Assembly (NCBI GenBank): GCA_047495785.1
Contig: JBLDXI010000046.1
Span: 806,001 to 870,000, forward strand
From: Lepidodermella squamata
Lineage: Eukaryota; Animalia; Gastrotricha
DNA length: 64,000 bases
Direction of reading: 5' to 3'
Under the pieces are notes generated by a model, which saw nothing but the letters and a program-made list of their open reading frames with translations, did not search any database and was not told the DNA's origin. The translations under genes were made by a program, and so were the position numbers. Numbering within the stretch: position 1 is the stretch's first letter; each line of letters begins with the position of its first letter. Shown one piece after another: positions 1-11,397 of this stretch.

Positions 1-712
1 GGTTTATTCTCTGTACTCGGGAAGTAAGGTACTAGTACAGCTTGTACAGCTTGTATCTTGTATGAATTAAACATGACAGGAAATAAGTGAAAAGTGGGGT
101 TTAGTGAAAATTGTTATACATCGTGAGATTTTGATGCCGCTTTCAAAATCAATTAACGAGGAGTCGATCGATATAAAAAATAGGTTGATATTCATCAGGG
201 TTGCAGAGAAAAATGGGTATCAACATTTCGGGGTGAAAATGTCAAATTACGAAAAATCCCTTAAAATAGTTGAGTTTTCATTATGTATATTAAAAATCCC
301 TCGCGAATATATTGCAATGTTTTTATGCGCTGTCGACAATTCTAAGAGTAATCTGTGAGGTGAGGAAACTTGCTATAATATTCAAAATTTTGCTGGGAAC
401 AAGCCAGTGTCCCTAGGACAACCTGAATCAGTGGATCCAGGCAGGGCATCTCTGATGTTTTTTTCCGTAAGGCGGAGTTTTTAAGGCGGAAGAGAGCCTC
501 CTGGAGGTCTGAAATTTGAAAATTCAAAATCCTCAAGAGTGTGAGCATATTGAATTGAAAAAATCAAGCCATCACACTTTTTGTGATTTGCTGGGAAATA
601 AAGAAAATTCGCCAGACGACACTTTTTACTGATTTCCGGTCACATCATAGTCATTAAATAAAGATAACAGCAACAGCAGTGCTCACGTCTCACTCGAACA
701 GACGAACGTCCG

Positions 713-3700
713 TTATTCATCATAAGTTTCGCAAACTCCGTATAAGACGAAGGCCGAAATTTCGAATTGACACAAATCAGAAATCATGCGAGCAAGATTC
801 TTTGCAAAAGCCGTGCACAAATTAGAATCTCTGTCGTGAAAAAACAGAGCTTGATCGAATACAAAATCTGAACCGTCCGACCATTTCTGGTCGCCAGGAG
901 AAAGACCCACGTAGCCATATGTTATTGTGCTATGGGGTAACAGGTCACCAATCAGGGCTGCATCAGAAGCCGTTTTGACTGTTGCCAAGATACCATCCAC
1001 TCCCGAGCAGGCTTCGACTGCAGCCTGATAAGAATAACCAGACGAGCCATTGCCAACCAAAATCAGAGTTTTCCGAGCGTTTTGACACTGCGATTCGCCA
1101 CTGAACATAACGTTTCTTGGAAATCGTTTCTCCGTGTTGGCGTCACATCCGACAGCGCTCGGGCGGCAGGTTACTGAACCGTCGTCAGTTCGCAGGCATC
1201 GATGGTAAGTTATCTATAAACATATAGACTCAACATGTTGTCTAGGTTTCGCATATTATGAGACAGAGCGAGATAAAAAGAGTGTGGTTTCTCCTCTGGA
1301 AAGATAATTTCTGGGTTTGCGCTCCGATTTCTGATTGAATCATTGTATGAATGATTCATATATGAACCTGAGTTCAAACACCGTATTTTATCGAATAATA
1401 AATAACCTTGGATACTATTTGTTTCCGAACTCGAGAAATACCGTCATTTGGGGTAATCTGGGTCATTGGGGCTATTCGGGCGGATGTTCATGAAAACAGG
1501 GGAATGAGCATGGCTCAAAAACTACCCGGCCGTTAGCAATGACTTTTTGCACGGAGTTAGGTGGAAAGACGACCCACATACCGTAAAAATTCTATGGCCT
1601 GAGAATAAGTGGTTGTGAATTTGTGAGTTAACCGAATGGTTTTTGATTATAGGTTAAAAAACTAACTAAACTATAACCATCGATATGCACTGCATACGAA
1701 TAATTGCAAAAGATGCCAACTTTTGTTTCGAAAAAAGTGTTTAGTGACCTGGACTGGAACACTCGTTTTGCACTTCGAACACCTACGTCCATGGGTCGGG
1801 TGCCTACTTTGAGGTCAAATATCTCGAGTTGTATTCCAAAGCCCTTCGAGAGACCTATACCATCTGATAGAGGATAGAGCACATCCCTAACTTCAATTTT
1901 TGAAAAGCGCAGCCAAAACCCTGACCCTTTATCGAAATATAACAGATTAAGTTTCGCAAAACAGAAAAATAGAAAAATAGCGGAAACGCAACCCACGTTA
2001 GGCGATATTTCGCTGATGCATTTGTTGTGGTTCAGTTGAAAGGCCTGCGATTGCGAAAACAGCTTTTCCTGTCATTGAAAAAGCCGATACAGAGGGAACA
2101 ATTACACTATGTTTTTTTCGATACCTGAGATTGATCTTGAGGGCAGGCTGCATAGCATGACAGTCGTTCGGATGAATCCGAGCATGAAACGGCATTCTGT
2201 TGAATGTTGAACAAGAGTATCAGCTAAAGGGTAAATAAAACCCATTTTTGATAGCTCACTCCTAGCATGCAAGCAGCACGGTTGATGTAGACTTTGCTCG
2301 AGTACTGCTGAGTTTCATTGCCGGCGGAGCAGCCGGGGCTTTGCGGTCGACAGTCTGTGAATTTGCCAGTTGTCGAATCAAAACAGCGGATGTGCGGCTT
2401 CTCGGTGATCGGAACAGTGACTACGAATTAAAAAGGTAATGTTCATGTTCATGTATATTCTGCGCTCGTTTTTACAATATCGGTACATAATTACTTTGTA
2501 TGATAACAATTGTTGGTTATATTCCAAATTGCTATAATGGAGATCAATAATCGCGAATGTGGAAACCAACTAATTTTACGATGCCCGATGTCATATTGGG
2601 ATAGAAAAGGTACATATATTGGCCATTCCAAATTTTCGGCCACTCATTTACGAAAAGTTGACTCACCCGTGACGTTGATGCACGAGGTTAGATCCGAGTA
2701 TAGATTCGATTCTGTGGCCTAGGAGGGAAATGCAGGGAAAGTTAACATGTCACTGCGCTAAATTTATAATGTATTCGAAGGAGTATAACAACGCGTTATA
2801 AAATGATGAAAGAGTGCTGAAATACTAATAAACGAACCCAGTTTTCAGGGCAAACGTACGAATCAGGAACGCAGGTTTTGATAACGTTGTTCGAAGTGCA
2901 ACGCCGGAATTTCAATTTCTACGATGACAAAAAAGCTAACAAAAAAGGGAAGACAACAGTTAGAAATTTCCCACATCGAAAACGGCTCGTTGCTTCTCGC
3001 ATTCGTTAAGGTTGTATTTCAAACTCAGCGTTGCATTCTGATCGTTGAACCAGAACGTCTGAAACAAACGTCAAAGTACTTTAACGATAACAAAAATATG
3101 AAATAAAATCGAGATTTTGTGCCCGATTTCAATATTTTATCATAGAGACCGTAGTGATCAGAGTGCTCTTTCACGTGGTAATGGCCACTTGTTGCCAAAA
3201 ATTACCTATCCTGGCGATTTTCCAGTGGATATCGAATCGTCCCCTATGAGGTCGCCCTCACTCACTTATTAGCAGTTATTAGTAACTACCTTTCGACTAG
3301 AATATTTCTGTTTCAGACCTATCACTCGTTTCCATTATCGGAAAAAAACGGGAGAATCTAAAGTGGCAACTGAATCTTGGGAAACTCTTACAATTTCAGG
3401 TTCCTGTTGAGGCACTGGCATAACTTGGGCTGCTGTTTTGAGCTTTCAGCTAGATTCATCACCTTCAAATACCCTAAATGACATAAAAACTGAGTGCGTG
3501 AAGTTGACATAAGTGTGTGCAGTGAAGCAAATTACGAATGTATGCCAATAATTTTGATTTTTGAGAGCGCATTTCGAAAATGTGCATTTTTGGTCGAACA
3601 ATTTGAGACTCTGTTTCTCGACAACCATGATAGCTACGAACGCCGTTCAGATATCAATTTACTCCTTGTGCCTTGATCTATACAATAACCATGACATTTC

Positions 3701-4473
3701 ACCTGGTTAAGGTTTCTGATAAGGTGGATAGCTCGTTTTTCGGTGCAGCAGGTCGCAAGTAGAATAATTCAAGATACGAACATTTCGGCATGGTGGGATT
3801 TTCAGGAAACGATAGAGCGAGAATAGATCTACGTGACGCAAATAATGAGAAAGAAATATTAAATGGCCGATATCACGAAATCGCCCCCAAAAAATCAAAT
3901 GTTGCATGTAAAAGTGCTACATTGTCCAAGGTTGTCGAAAAATTCGGCAAATAAAATTAAGGAGGGGTTTTTCATTTATTTTTTGTTTCAAAGTAGCATC
4001 GTGAGTGCGCACTCTGATCACTACGTTCTCTATGTCTTTTATTAAAAGGCTTCTAACGTACATTCATATCACCTGGGTTGTTGCATCCGATGTTTCCAGG
4101 CACGCAAAACGTGGTAAGAGCTTCGTATTTGTAGCACATCCGGCCATTCTATGTAGACAGAACAGAGCGTTACTACACAAGATAATTCAACAATTGATAA
4201 ACGGACCCCAGTGTTACAGACGCCGGTTGTTCGAAAACTTCCGCCCCACTAGTCGGAGGAAAATTCATCAACTATCACGCTTGAAAATAAATCGTGACAA
4301 ACCTGATATTCGGTGAGTGGATCACAGCCATTGGCAGCTGGGACGCAGCTGGTGAACCTGTTGCTGAACTGCGAGAAGCATCGAACCCAGTTCAGCTGCT
4401 GTGTACCCAAGACCACTTCACTTGACGCTAGTAACAGGCATAGTAGCAGGAAAGCTTTGTTATGAGCTGTCAT
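713..4473 (-). CDS. Secreted multi-exon protein with repeated C-x8/10-C-x-P-x3-G-C modules and a C-terminal C-type lectin-like domain (middle exons uncertain)
   Basis: Signal peptide MTAHNKAFLLLCLLLASSEVVLG from ATG 4473. Exons give RCFSQFSNRFTSCVPAANGC, MCYKYEALTTFCVPGNIGC, RCFDSTTGKFTDCRPQSPGC and RCLRTDDGSVTCRPSAVGC. The last exon (to 713) has the CTLD pattern A..AC...G.LATV...YVGL...KWSDGS...C...DLC...VCE. The frame through 3450-3850 could not be fully resolved. Confidence 0.55.
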
Positions 4474-5674
4474 TTCACTAGATTGATGCATATAATTCAA
4501 GCAGATGAAATCAAATTGAAATTTAATGAGAAATGAAGCGAATTGAGATAAAAATGAACGTGTTTTCAAAGCCCGGGCGATCACGTGTATTTTACGGCGC
4601 ACGCTCGAAATTATTGAAAAAATACCCTGTAAACATCACGTGATTTTGTTTTGCTAAGCAGTATTTTGCTAAAATAAAACCCGAACATTAAATGAATGAA
4701 TGATGCAGGGGCGTAACCATCTGGTTGTTTTGGTTGTTCAAACAACTACCAAAATGAAAACTCAAAACCCCCTATATCGGCCTAAATGGCTAAAATTGCT
4801 TTTAAAAAGGGGAGGAAATGTTTCGAAAGTGCCAAAAACTTTCTAGCTTCGCCCTAAATCTCGATTTATTCGATATTTGCTATTGAAAATCGGCTCTAAT
4901 CGACCTTGGTCCTTGGATTATCTCGGGTAAAATTCAAATTTCACCCAGAGATCCATAACAACCACCAAAAAAGTTTTGTTCATGTAACCAGGGTGATTCA
5001 ACGGCAAACGGCAATCGTCTAAGCACTTTGAAAAACTGAGTCAAAAAAACGAGTTTTAATCTGACCAAAATTGACCAAAATTGACCAAAATCTGACCAAA
5101 ATTAAAATTTAGGGTGGTAACTTGCCGGGAAATTCACGCCGTCGCAGATTTTTTTTTATAAAAATTAATTGCTCAGGGTGTTTTTTGGAGAAACAATTAT
5201 TCATCAGCATCTATGCTACGGACTCGATTTTTCGAATTTGATTGGAATCTATCGGCCGATCGAATTTTTGGGCCTCGAAGATGAACATCTCGGAATTCAG
5301 GGACCTGAATTTTATCAGAAACTTTCGAACAAGACCTTTTAAGGACTTCGAAATCGGTCGCGGCGATCTATAGAGCTTCAGCCACCTAGGTAAAAGCTGG
5401 TTAGTTTCGGTTAGCTTCGAAAAATGGTTTCTCCAGCCAAGTTACATCTCATCACTTCAATAGGCCATATCGGAAATAATTACATTTAAAATTAAATTAT
5501 CCAACATCCGATCGTCTCAAAGTTGAAATTTGAAGTTCCAATGTTTTCCAATCACCTAAAATTGAAGTTGGGCAAATTGAAGTTTTATTGATTTTAAAAG
5601 ACTTCGTTTGTCAATGGTTTTTCAATTAATTTCAATATTTATTCAGTAATATTTATATTTATTATGTCTATTTT

Positions 5675-7852
5675 TCACATCAAATCGTACAGAAATATTG
5701 ACGACGTTTTAGGCATAGGTTCCACGTTGAAATCTTCAAAATACGGCTCATAGCCATTTCGAACCCAGTGCACGAATCGCCGAGTTGGTACCAGGGTCAA
5801 ATGCGAAGCTGATTCCGCGAACCCACTGCGCGTTATTATCAAATAATCCATTTTCGTCAGTAAATACCAATCGACAAACGTTTTAGCCGCTTCATACCAC
5901 ATTTTTTCGTTGTTTTCAAGTTCTGCCAGCCGATTTTTGTGCGTCAGATCAAAATTATCGATATGTCGAGTTGTTAGATTGAAGCCGTGATCGGTGTTGA
6001 ATATTTTCACATTTGGCAGCTTGCCAAGTTCGGCACTCACGTTGCGCCACGCCACGTCCCAATCGGTGGTCACAAAAATTGTAACGCTAACGTTTGAACC
6101 GATAACTTGGTTAATGACCCGTGTCGTTTCGTCAACGTAATATTTGAAATGATTAGGCTGGATTCTTTCGCTTGTATTTTCGACACCTAAAAAATGAGGC
6201 AAACAATTTGCGATTGGAAAAGATTGATTTGTGAAATAATTGAAGCTTTGAAAATTTTGAACTTGGAAATTTAAATTGCCTGATCTATGCTGAAAGTGTC
6301 CCTGAGCTACTACGACAGCACCTCAACCTCGTTCGCTGTCGATAGCCGACTCGTTTCGCCTCGCCCCTTCGGCCGCACAATTGACCGACCCGAACTCGGC
6401 CCCGTGCTACGTCACCTGGACCTCGGCGAGCCCCTACCCCTGCCTAGCCGCTTTCGGCCGTTCCGGCCCGCCTGGCACGAACGACTCGAAGGACGAAGCC
6501 GGAGTATTCTACACTCCGCTGGAACTCGCTTAAAGCTGGACCTCGAACTTTAGGGTGTTCATATGGGAAACCCTTGAAATGCCGCAAGAAGATGAAATTA
6601 AAAACTCACGTTCTGTTCGAAGTTGAAGTCCAATTTTCACAGAATTCACCCATTGCTGCCGGCCAACAGTTCGATCGACAATTTCGACCAGCAATTGCTT
6701 CAATTTGTCATTCGGCCTCGCCAGCAGAGCTCTCAACGCGCCGGAAATCGCGAGTTTGTAGTCACCCAAAATCCGACCATCCAATTCGAAAATAGCCGGG
6801 ACATTTTTGAACAAATTTTTGAAAAATGCCTTATTATTCAATACGGAATCGATGCCGGTAAATCGATTGGACATGACCAGCAAATTCGCGTCATTCGCGT
6901 ATTTTTCAGTGAAATTCAAATTCCCAAGCTCGGCCTCGAATAATTGGTCCTTGATATCGCCGCGATGTAGGAACCACACAGCTTTCGCCTTCGATTTTAA
7001 CAGATTTTCGTAGTAATCGAACTCTTTGATTTTATAAAATTTCGCGTTGACTTCGAAATAATCCGAAATGTCAGATGGCATAACCCAGTCGAAGTGGAAA
7101 AGGCGATTTGTAGCCATAGCTAAGTAAAACGCCAAAACTGAGCCTCGCAGCCGGTCGCCGAATCCGAAGCATTTGTGCCGTTTCACCCAGCAGTTTGAGT
7201 TCAATTCTCGGAGAACGAAAAACAGCTTGTCGTAGCATTCTATTGTTGGAAATCGACAAGTGGCCGAGACAAATTTCAGCTTCTAAAAAGTTATTAAAAA
7301 AATTCAGCTAAAGGATTTTTGAAATTTTAAATTCAAATTTCATTTCAAAAATTGAAGTTCAAATATTTGAAAAATTTAAATTTCATTTCATTTAAATAAT
7401 AATAAATAATAAATAATAATAATATAGTAAAACAGAATTAACTACTTTTTGAAATTGAAATTTATTTTGAAAAAAATAGGAAAATAATTTTGAATTTTGA
7501 AAAACGAATCTTCAATTTTTTATCGATCAATTCAAGTTAAAAACCAATCTTGTACCTTATTTTTAGGAGGATTTCCGAAATAATTTGCTCGAATTTGATC
7601 GGCTATGAGTTGAGCTCGATTTTGCCTGCTTCTTGCCGCAACAGTTGCCAACTTCGAAATAGCTTCCCGAACCCTGGAATCCTGAGGTTCAGCTTCAAAA
7701 ATCGCCTGCCAATCATTTCGCCTGATTTGATACGACCAAAATTGCGGCGGTTTGTTGCTCGCACTATTATCCGGCTGATTTAGGGTAAAAATAACGCAAG
7801 TTAAGAAAAATGACAAAACAAAAATTTGAATAATTCTCTCGAATCGAATCAT
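5675..7852 (-). CDS. Type II membrane fucosyltransferase-like glycosyltransferase (GT-B, alpha-2/alpha-6 FucT superfamily), 3 exons: 7852-7556, 7282-6610, 6186-5675
   Basis: N-terminal TM IIQIFVLSFFLTCVIFTL. GFGDRLRG..AFYLA..TNR motif, motif I KIGLQLRT, motif II IFVTTD, motif III DWYLL...RSGF. GT-AG junctions keep the frame. Confidence 0.8.
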
Positions 7853-7972
7853 TTTTGTGGTAAAATAACGCGCGCCGTGAAAAGAAATGATGAATCGAGC
7901 CCGCACGTGCCAAGGTTTCTTCTAGAAAAAATACCTAATTTTCTTCATTTACGTTTTGATTCTCGATAAATA
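7853..7972. promoter_or_regulatory. Putative bidirectional promoter between FucT-like and GT6 genes
   Basis: Only 120 bp between the divergent ATGs at 7852 (-) and 7973 (+); promoter activity is inferred. Confidence 0.55.
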
Positions 7973-9483
7973 ATGGTCGTCTATAATATTAATTGGAGAA
8001 ATTTGGCCATTGTCGTTTTGGGATTTTTCTCGTCCCTAACGCTGTTTTTACTTGCAATTAGCCATCAATCTGGTGGGGACATTTTCCCAAGGTCGAGTCG
8101 ATTTTCGCCTGCCGAACCGCAGGAATTACCGCCGGTCGAGAAAATCGCACCTGACCTTATTCATGTTGGCATTTTTCTAACAGCCCTTGGGCAATACGTT
8201 AATTACACGAAAGGCTTCGTTGAAACGGCGAGAAAATTCTTCCTGGCCGATTTCCGCGATCGTTACAAGGTGCATTACTTCGTATTTACCGATCACCCTG
8301 AGCAAGCTGTTGAAAGTATCGATGGGGATGTGGTTCTGACTAGGCAGAAAAGGTTCGGCTGGCCGGGCGATTCGATGCTTCGAACAGAGCTTTACCTGAA
8401 TGCGACGGCGAAAAAGAAAAGGGTTGGTAATTGGTAATTCTAAAAAATGACCTAGATTCGGACATTAAAAAAGTAGTCTCCCAAATTTTGAAGAAGGACC
8501 TTGAATAGCTTTGAAAATTTGAAAATTTAATTTTTCAACTTATATCTCAAAATTTCAAAAATGACCTAGTTTTGGACATGACAAAAAATTCTTCAAATGC
8601 ATCAAATTCCAAATTTTCAAATCGAAATTTATCATTTTTTAATATTTTTGAAATTTGAAAATGTATCGAAAAATTAAAAGTGACCTAGATTTGGACATCA
8701 ATGTTGTTGTCTCCCCGATCTTGAAAAATCGTCTTAAATTTCAAAATCAAATTTTTCTAAATTTTCAAATTTTTTTAAAATTAATTCAAAATCCGTCGAA
8801 ATTAGAACGCTTAATTTTAAAAATTAAAAAATTTCAGTTTAAATAATTTCCAGGTCAAATGTTGCGACTATGCGTTTTCTTTCGATATTGACGTAATTTT
8901 CGCCGGCCACGTTGGCCCGGAAATTCTCGGCGAACTCGTTGCTATTCAACACAATGGATTTGTCGAGAAGCACAACCGATCAACGTACCCTTACGAATCG
9001 AGCCTGACGTCATCTTGCGCCTACGTAGCGCCAGATGAGGGCTATGAGTATTTCACCGGGGCTGTTTACGGCGGCCGGTGGGACCACGTCGAGGCGCTGT
9101 GGCGGTGGATGGCTGGGTGTTCTCATCGCGATTTGGACGAAGGCACGTGGCCGATTTGGCACGATGAGAGCTACCTGAATCGGTATTTGATCGACCACCC
9201 GCCGACGGTTATTCTCAGCCCGTCTTACTACTGCGGCGAAAGTAATTATCCAGCTATTACTATCAGTTAAAGGGGTACCGATTTGGTACTCAAACATTGA
9301 GGTTCCAGCCAATAAAATATAATTGTTTGATCTTTTAATTTTTTTAAATTTGAACCCAAACAATTTATCAAAATTTTTATCAACTTTTATCATTATCAAT
9401 TTTCAGATAACTGTGTGTGGCCATACGACCGGAAAATAATTTGCCTGGACAAGGACTATGGAACGATAAGAAATGACCCATGA
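7973..9483 (+). CDS. GT6 family (ABO/alpha-1,3-Gal/GalNAc transferase-like) glycosyltransferase, 3 exons: 7973-8422, 8854-~9301, ~9408-9483
   Basis: TM anchor LAIVVLGFFSSLTLFLLAI. Motifs VGIFLTALGQY, VHYFVFTD, WPGDSMLR, DXD (FDIDVIF), YFTGAVYGG, WHDESYLNRY, ILSPSYY and C-terminal KIICLDKDYGTIR. Confidence 0.9.
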
Positions 9484-10399
9484 AAGAACACTCGGTGATG
9501 ACTATGTTTGGATATTTCATGGTTTCTCTTTTTCGAGCACCTGTTTTGACTGCTTGATATACAAATAAATTGAAAAATGAAAGAACTTATTTTTTTTCAT
9601 CATTCATAAAAAGGTCGCCTCAATGATGCGTGCGCCGTGCTTTTTTCCGGTGAAGTTTTAACCCGATTGGAGCCTGTGAGAATTCATGAACAAACATGAA
9701 CGAGGAGAAATAAAATCGTAGAATAACAATCGATATCGTATCATTTCATTCATAATTATTAGAGCGTATTTTTAACCTCGAATTGTAACAAACACCCATT
9801 TTTTACCGCTCGATCAGCCTTTTTGAGAAGTATTTTTAATTTTTAATTTTAGAATCATCTAAACAGCTAATAAGCTAGCTGGTGATGAAATTTGATGATA
9901 TCAAATCTATTTTTGTAACTGAACTTTCTTCTTGCAGATCTTATGTGATTGAATCGTAACTTTAATCCTATAGTTTTCGAAATCGGGCTTGCACCCCAAG
10001 ATCGGCCAGCCGAGCCTGCTCCAAAGTCCAGATACTTTCAAACTCAAGGACTTTTAACTACCTTAAACCAACTGGCAGAAAAACAGGTCGCTGGCACGTG
10101 CCAACAAAATCGGATCTTCGCGTGCGGTAAATAAGCTGGCACGTGCGTGAGCGACTAAAATTTGGTTCGGGCCGTGCTTGCTAAAAATCTTCATTCACAG
10201 CCTGGTCAAGTCAGACGATTGATGTTCGCCATTTCGAATCAATGTCAATATGTTCTAGCACAAAATCAATTTGTGCAAAACGTTATCGAGCTATTCAAAA
10301 TTCTGCATCATTAATCGAACGCAAACTGTGCTATTATTTCATCGAATAGTTTGAAATTTGAATTATTCGATTTTTGGCCTCCAAGAAAATGATGAATCT

Positions 10400-11266
10400 T
10401 AGATTGTATCTTTCCTTGAAGTAGTCTGCACAAGGCTCGTAGTGTGCCCGTTTTTCTTTGTCAACTTCCAGGGCTTGATCTGGGCTTTTTTCGAAGCGGA
10501 TGGTAGGGTCCACGATCCACCCTTCTCTCGTGTTTTTATTGAAGGCGATAATGTCGACCCTTTTGAGGCCGTCATTTTCTGCGAGGCAGGAAACTTCCTC
10601 GTAGACTTCGAGGGTCTTGTTCTTACGCAAGGAGTCTGCGATCATAGTTCGCACTCTATGACGGCGGGCGTTGCGAAGCAGAGCACCGCGATGGCAGAAA
10701 CCAAGGACATGTGAGAGGGATTCATACTCGCAGTCACAGTGGCGACAGCGGGGTGCGGGGTCCATCAAGGGGCTCCTTCCAGGCAGTGCACGAACCGGTG
10801 TCCGTCGTCATTTTGATCGCCGTAGTCCATTCGTTGACTGAGAGACCGGACTTGTTACTGATCCACTTATTACAGGCTGGCATTTCTCGGTACAGGTGGG
10901 CACCCCGGCCCTTATTGCTTTCAGCCCATTCGTTGAACGATCTTTCTCGCAAGATCGCGCGCAGTTGTTGTCCCACTTGCTTCCGATTACTCGTCGATGG
11001 CGAGTGAGGCTAGGCAGCTCTTCATTTCTGCCTCGAAATCTTTGCAGATACTGAGGTGAGGGTGGTTGAGCCTGGCAAGTTTCATTGAGATGCAGAAGTG
11101 TTGTATAAAACATTCCCAACTTCATTAGCCCAAGACCACGCCAGCTGCGGCTCGCATACAGGTACGCGTTGGGTGTGTCTCTCGGCAGCTCCAGTGTTTG
11201 CTTGACACGAGTTGCGCACGAGGCCGTCGACATCGTTCAAGAACGAGGCTGGTAGCTTGTATCTTT
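10400..11266 (-). mobile_element. Degenerate fragment of an R2-superfamily (REL endonuclease) non-LTR retrotransposon
   Basis: Post-RT LELPRDTPNAYLYAS..GLGL, CCHC finger CRHCDCEYESLSHVLGFC, REL nuclease RVDIIAF...WIVDPTIRFE...EKRAHY. Frameshifted; absent from the second duplication unit. Confidence 0.8.
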
Positions 11267-11397
11267 ATTATTTAGAATTCAAGATTTTGATAAACTATAG
11301 CCTATTCAAGCTTTAACGCATTTGTCATCGTGCTCTAAACTTGGCATTTGAACTATGTCATTGCTGAATTAAACATGTTATGTCCTATTGTGTAGTA

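Noticed and set aside
6287-6553. 88-aa ORF within FucT intron 2
   Set aside because: GC-rich intronic insert, probably a repeat fragment; no recognisable protein features.
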